In this document: piece by piece, positions 61,545-64,000 of the stretch
How positions within the stretch are numbered: position 1 is the first letter of the stretch
Layout of the letters: each line of letters begins with the position of its first letter
Virus record (IMG/VR): IMGVR_UViG_3300050821_004987
Location: 577-64,576 of that record
Strand: one strand, 5' to 3'
Length of the DNA stretch: 64,000 nucleotides
From: a virus
Taxonomy: Duplodnaviria; Heunggongvirae; Uroviricota; Caudoviricetes
Translations under genes and position numbers: made by a program
Notes under the pieces: model-generated
What the model was told of the DNA's origin: nothing
What the model saw: the letters and a program-made list of their open reading frames with translations, nothing else
The model's database searches: none

Positions 61545-62408
61545 ATGAGCAAGTATCTTTGTACGTTCAGTGGTAAGTTCGGAGACATCTTGTGGAGTCT
61601 ACCGACAGCTAAGTTTATATCAGAACGGATAGTCAATGCGCGAGTAGACTTTGCAACGATGCCGTACTATCAGACGCTGCTGCCATTGTTGGTAGAGCAG
61701 AGTTACATTGAGAATGCATTCGTTATGGAAAGCTGGCTAAGGACGCACAGCAATCACGGCGATCAGCCTTGGCAGCCGCCAGAGAATGCCGAAGTGGCTA
61801 CAACCTTGTATGAGAGCTGTTGGCATCTGGGATACAGAGCCCATCCGGGCATCAGTGCTCCAAGCATGCCGCTGCTACAGTTTGTAGCCTATCAGCAGGG
61901 CATCCAGTTACCAGCTGAGTATGGAACGAATTTCATAGATGTATCAGATCAGCCAGCAGAGGAAGCCTACAAGATTATGTTCTCCAGTGGCTCAATGGAA
62001 CAAGTGATCAAAGAGAATCGGCTGGTAACGTATTCGTTCAACGAGCAGTACAAAGAACAGAAGCAAAGATTTCAGGAAGCGCTATGGTCGATCGGTAACA
62101 AAGAAGGCTTCGAATTTTTCAACGTCGGAGAGGTCGGATGGAAAGAGGCAGCATGGTTGATCAAAAAGAGTCTGGTGTATGTGGGCTGTAGGTCGGCAAA
62201 TTGGGTACTGGCGAACGGGGTGGGCAAAAAGACGATCACTTACGAGCCACATCCCAGCCGGCACAAGGCTTGTCATCTTGGCCCGGTATTCGGCAATCCG
62301 TTCGGCTCAGAGTTTGCACTACCGTTCAATATGTCAGAGTCCTTGGCAGCTGAGACGACAGTCAGCTTGATGAAAAAGATGCGGGAGGAGATGGGAGTTA
62401 GTGTCTAA
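61545..62408 (+). CDS. GT9-like (heptosyltransferase-fold) glycosyltransferase
   Basis: KFGDILWSLP N-terminus; AAWLIKKSLVYVGCRSANWVLANGVG C-terminus. Confidence 0.7.
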   Translation: MSKYLCTFSGKFGDILWSLPTAKFISERIVNARVDFATMPYYQTLLPLLVEQSYIENAFVMESWLRTHSNHGDQPWQPPENAEVATTLYESCWHLGYRAHPGISAPSMPLLQFVAYQQGIQLPAEYGTNFIDVSDQPAEEAYKIMFSSGSMEQVIKENRLVTYSFNEQYKEQKQRFQEALWSIGNKEGFEFFNVGEVGWKEAAWLIKKSLVYVGCRSANWVLANGVGKKTITYEPHPSRHKACHLGPVFGNPFGSEFALPFNMSESLAAETTVSLMKKMREEMGVSV

Positions 62409-62628
62409 GCCTTACGCACAGACGCAGCAGTACAAGCTTAAGAAAGGCGTGCTGAGTAGTCACTGTCTGGCTTGCATCTTGGGACATTCCGTCGAGCTAT
62501 TACAGAGTGGTAGACGGGTTCATTTCAGTAAAGACAGAGCTGGCTTTCATTTTTGTGGAGATGAGAACTGGAAAAGAATGAATCCAGATTACAGAATGCC
62601 TGAGCTGGAGAAAAGTACAGTTCAGTAA
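62401..62628 (+). CDS. Hypothetical protein
   Basis: Coupled ORF. Confidence 0.45.
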   Translation: MSKPYAQTQQYKLKKGVLSSHCLACILGHSVELLQSGRRVHFSKDRAGFHFCGDENWKRMNPDYRMPELEKSTVQ

Positions 62629-62761
62629 GGGGGAGAATATGAAATTCTTAGCATGGTATTTCGGATATTTGGTTTACCTATTTAAGCAAGGGTGTGGTGG
62701 CCACGCTTGGGTGGGAAAGAAAGAGAGCGTACCAGACGGGTGTTACGTCGGAGATAAGTAG

Positions 62762-63166
62762 ATGGAAAGATGTTCAGATCCATACGGCTGTGGTTGTAGA
62801 GGAGTAGCCGTGGCTGGGATGAGAGTCTGGACAATAAAGCATTATCCAGTCTTCAATGAGCCGATGGAGATCGAGCATTTGTGGATTAATCTTTGTCGAG
62901 ATTGTATGTATTGGAATTGTGATCACGATTGGGAAGGCGAGGCCAGATGGTCCAGCTGCGCCGACGAAAGCAATATCAAGATGTGTTGCGCTGAGCCAAT
63001 AAAAGCGGGTGAGTGGTGGAAAGATATCAGAGGCCAAGATCGATCAATAACGTTTGCCTCAGAGTCAGACGCATTACAGTTTCTAGCTCTGGGCAGACAG
63101 AACGTAGAGCCGGAGTTGCAAAGGATGTATGACGTAGTTCAGAAAAGAATGGAGACGACAAGATGA
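62762..63166 (+). CDS. Cys-rich hypothetical protein
   Basis: Multiple Cys motifs. Confidence 0.5.
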   Translation: MERCSDPYGCGCRGVAVAGMRVWTIKHYPVFNEPMEIEHLWINLCRDCMYWNCDHDWEGEARWSSCADESNIKMCCAEPIKAGEWWKDIRGQDRSITFASESDALQFLALGRQNVEPELQRMYDVVQKRMETTR

Positions 63167-63369
63167 AGAACTTCACAGACGTTGAGTTAACAGAACTAGC
63201 AGACTGGGCAGAGGCACAAGAACGATCGGAGCCACATCCGGATGCCAAGAAAGCTTTCGGAGCGATCAGACAAGGAGCCGATTGGCTACTGCGTTTCAGA
63301 ATCAAACAAGCGCAACAGAAGCTGGAGCAAGCCGGTAATCCAACAACGAAGACCGGGAAGACGCAATGA
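63163..63369 (+). CDS. Hypothetical protein
   Basis: ATGA-coupled. Confidence 0.55.
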   Translation: MKNFTDVELTELADWAEAQERSEPHPDAKKAFGAIRQGADWLLRFRIKQAQQKLEQAGNPTTKTGKTQ

Positions 63370-63578
63370 GTCAGACAGTCATCTGTGTCAAATGCAAAGA
63401 GTGTCAAAGACTAGCAACGACGAACATGAAGTGGATCACAGTGACGAAGACAGATCAGGACGAGAAGAAAGAGTTGTATTGCATCTGTGGTGGCAAGGAA
63501 TGGATCTTCGTTGAGATGGCTACAAACATGATCGGTCCGGAAGTATTGGTAATCAACAAAGAGATGATCAAGCTCTAG
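63366..63578 (+). CDS. Zinc-ribbon protein
   Basis: CVKCKEC...CIC. Confidence 0.55.
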   Translation: MSQTVICVKCKECQRLATTNMKWITVTKTDQDEKKELYCICGGKEWIFVEMATNMIGPEVLVINKEMIKL

Positions 63579-63728
63579 CCGTGGCAACGTGGAAACAATG
63601 GAAGCTGATGAAGAGAAATCAGCGAGAGAAAGAGAAACTAGTATCACCAGCTGGTAGACTGTTGAAGGATATGCCAGCTTGGCAAGTATCAGCAAAGAAA
63701 GCACAACCAAAAAGGAGAGCAGACTAGA

Positions 63729-64000
63729 ATGACGCAATATCCGAATCGCACAGGACTCATGGTTGGTGTTCCGCTATCTGGTAATCCATTGGTGCCGGAG
63801 TGGGCGTTTTCGTTTCATTCGCTGCACCCGCCGATGGATTACAACGTGGAATATGCCGTGATCACTGGACAGCCAGTAGATCAAGCGAGACAAACAATCG
63901 CTGAGTCAGCAGTTGCCAAGAAAGTGAAGTTCTTATTCTTCATCGACGAAGACGTAACGATCCCAGCTCATGCGATCAGACAGTTGATCTATCACATGGA
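63729..64000 (+). CDS. GT-A fold (GT2-like) glycosyltransferase, 3'-truncated by window end
   Basis: Own translation MTQYPNRTGLMVGVPLSG...VDQARQTIAESAVAKKVKFLFFIDEDV (DxD); AAGGAG RBS. Confidence 0.75.
   Translation, partial: MTQYPNRTGLMVGVPLSGNPLVPEWAFSFHSLHPPMDYNVEYAVITGQPVDQARQTIAESAVAKKVKFLFFIDEDVTIPAHAIRQLIYHM

Overview
The whole window is one co-oriented (+ strand) stretch of a large tailed dsDNA phage genome, most likely a siphovirus (long tape measure, no sheath). No integrase, lysogeny module, tRNA or CRISPR array was seen, and the terminase large subunit is not in the window. Layout: acyltransferase and a palindrome/repeat-rich intergenic region (1-1.7 kb); head, neck and tail morphogenesis with four free-standing homing-type endonucleases and a -1 frameshift chaperone (1.7-27 kb); a replication/recombination region opened by a sigma70-like promoter (27-56.7 kb: SF2 helicase, DnaB-like helicase, primase, 5'-3' exonuclease, sigma factor, DpdA/TGT-like protein plus FolE, beta-clamp, PolA split into two genes, dCTP deaminase, UvsY/SSB/RecA, DnaX-like, SbcD-SbcC fusion); and a last block starting at another sigma70-like promoter with a structured non-coding segment, KGG stress protein, possible terminase small subunit, membrane proteins, phosphoesterase and glycosyltransferases. 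Most unusual signals: three non-coding, in-phase GGTNN pentamer arrays that each start with AGTTTGG exactly at an upstream stop codon; the intein-free split PolA paired with a bacterial-type clamp and clamp loader; a DpdA+FolE pair without que genes; and a candidate ncRNA at 56.7-56.95 kb. All assignments come from motif recognition by eye; no database search was run.
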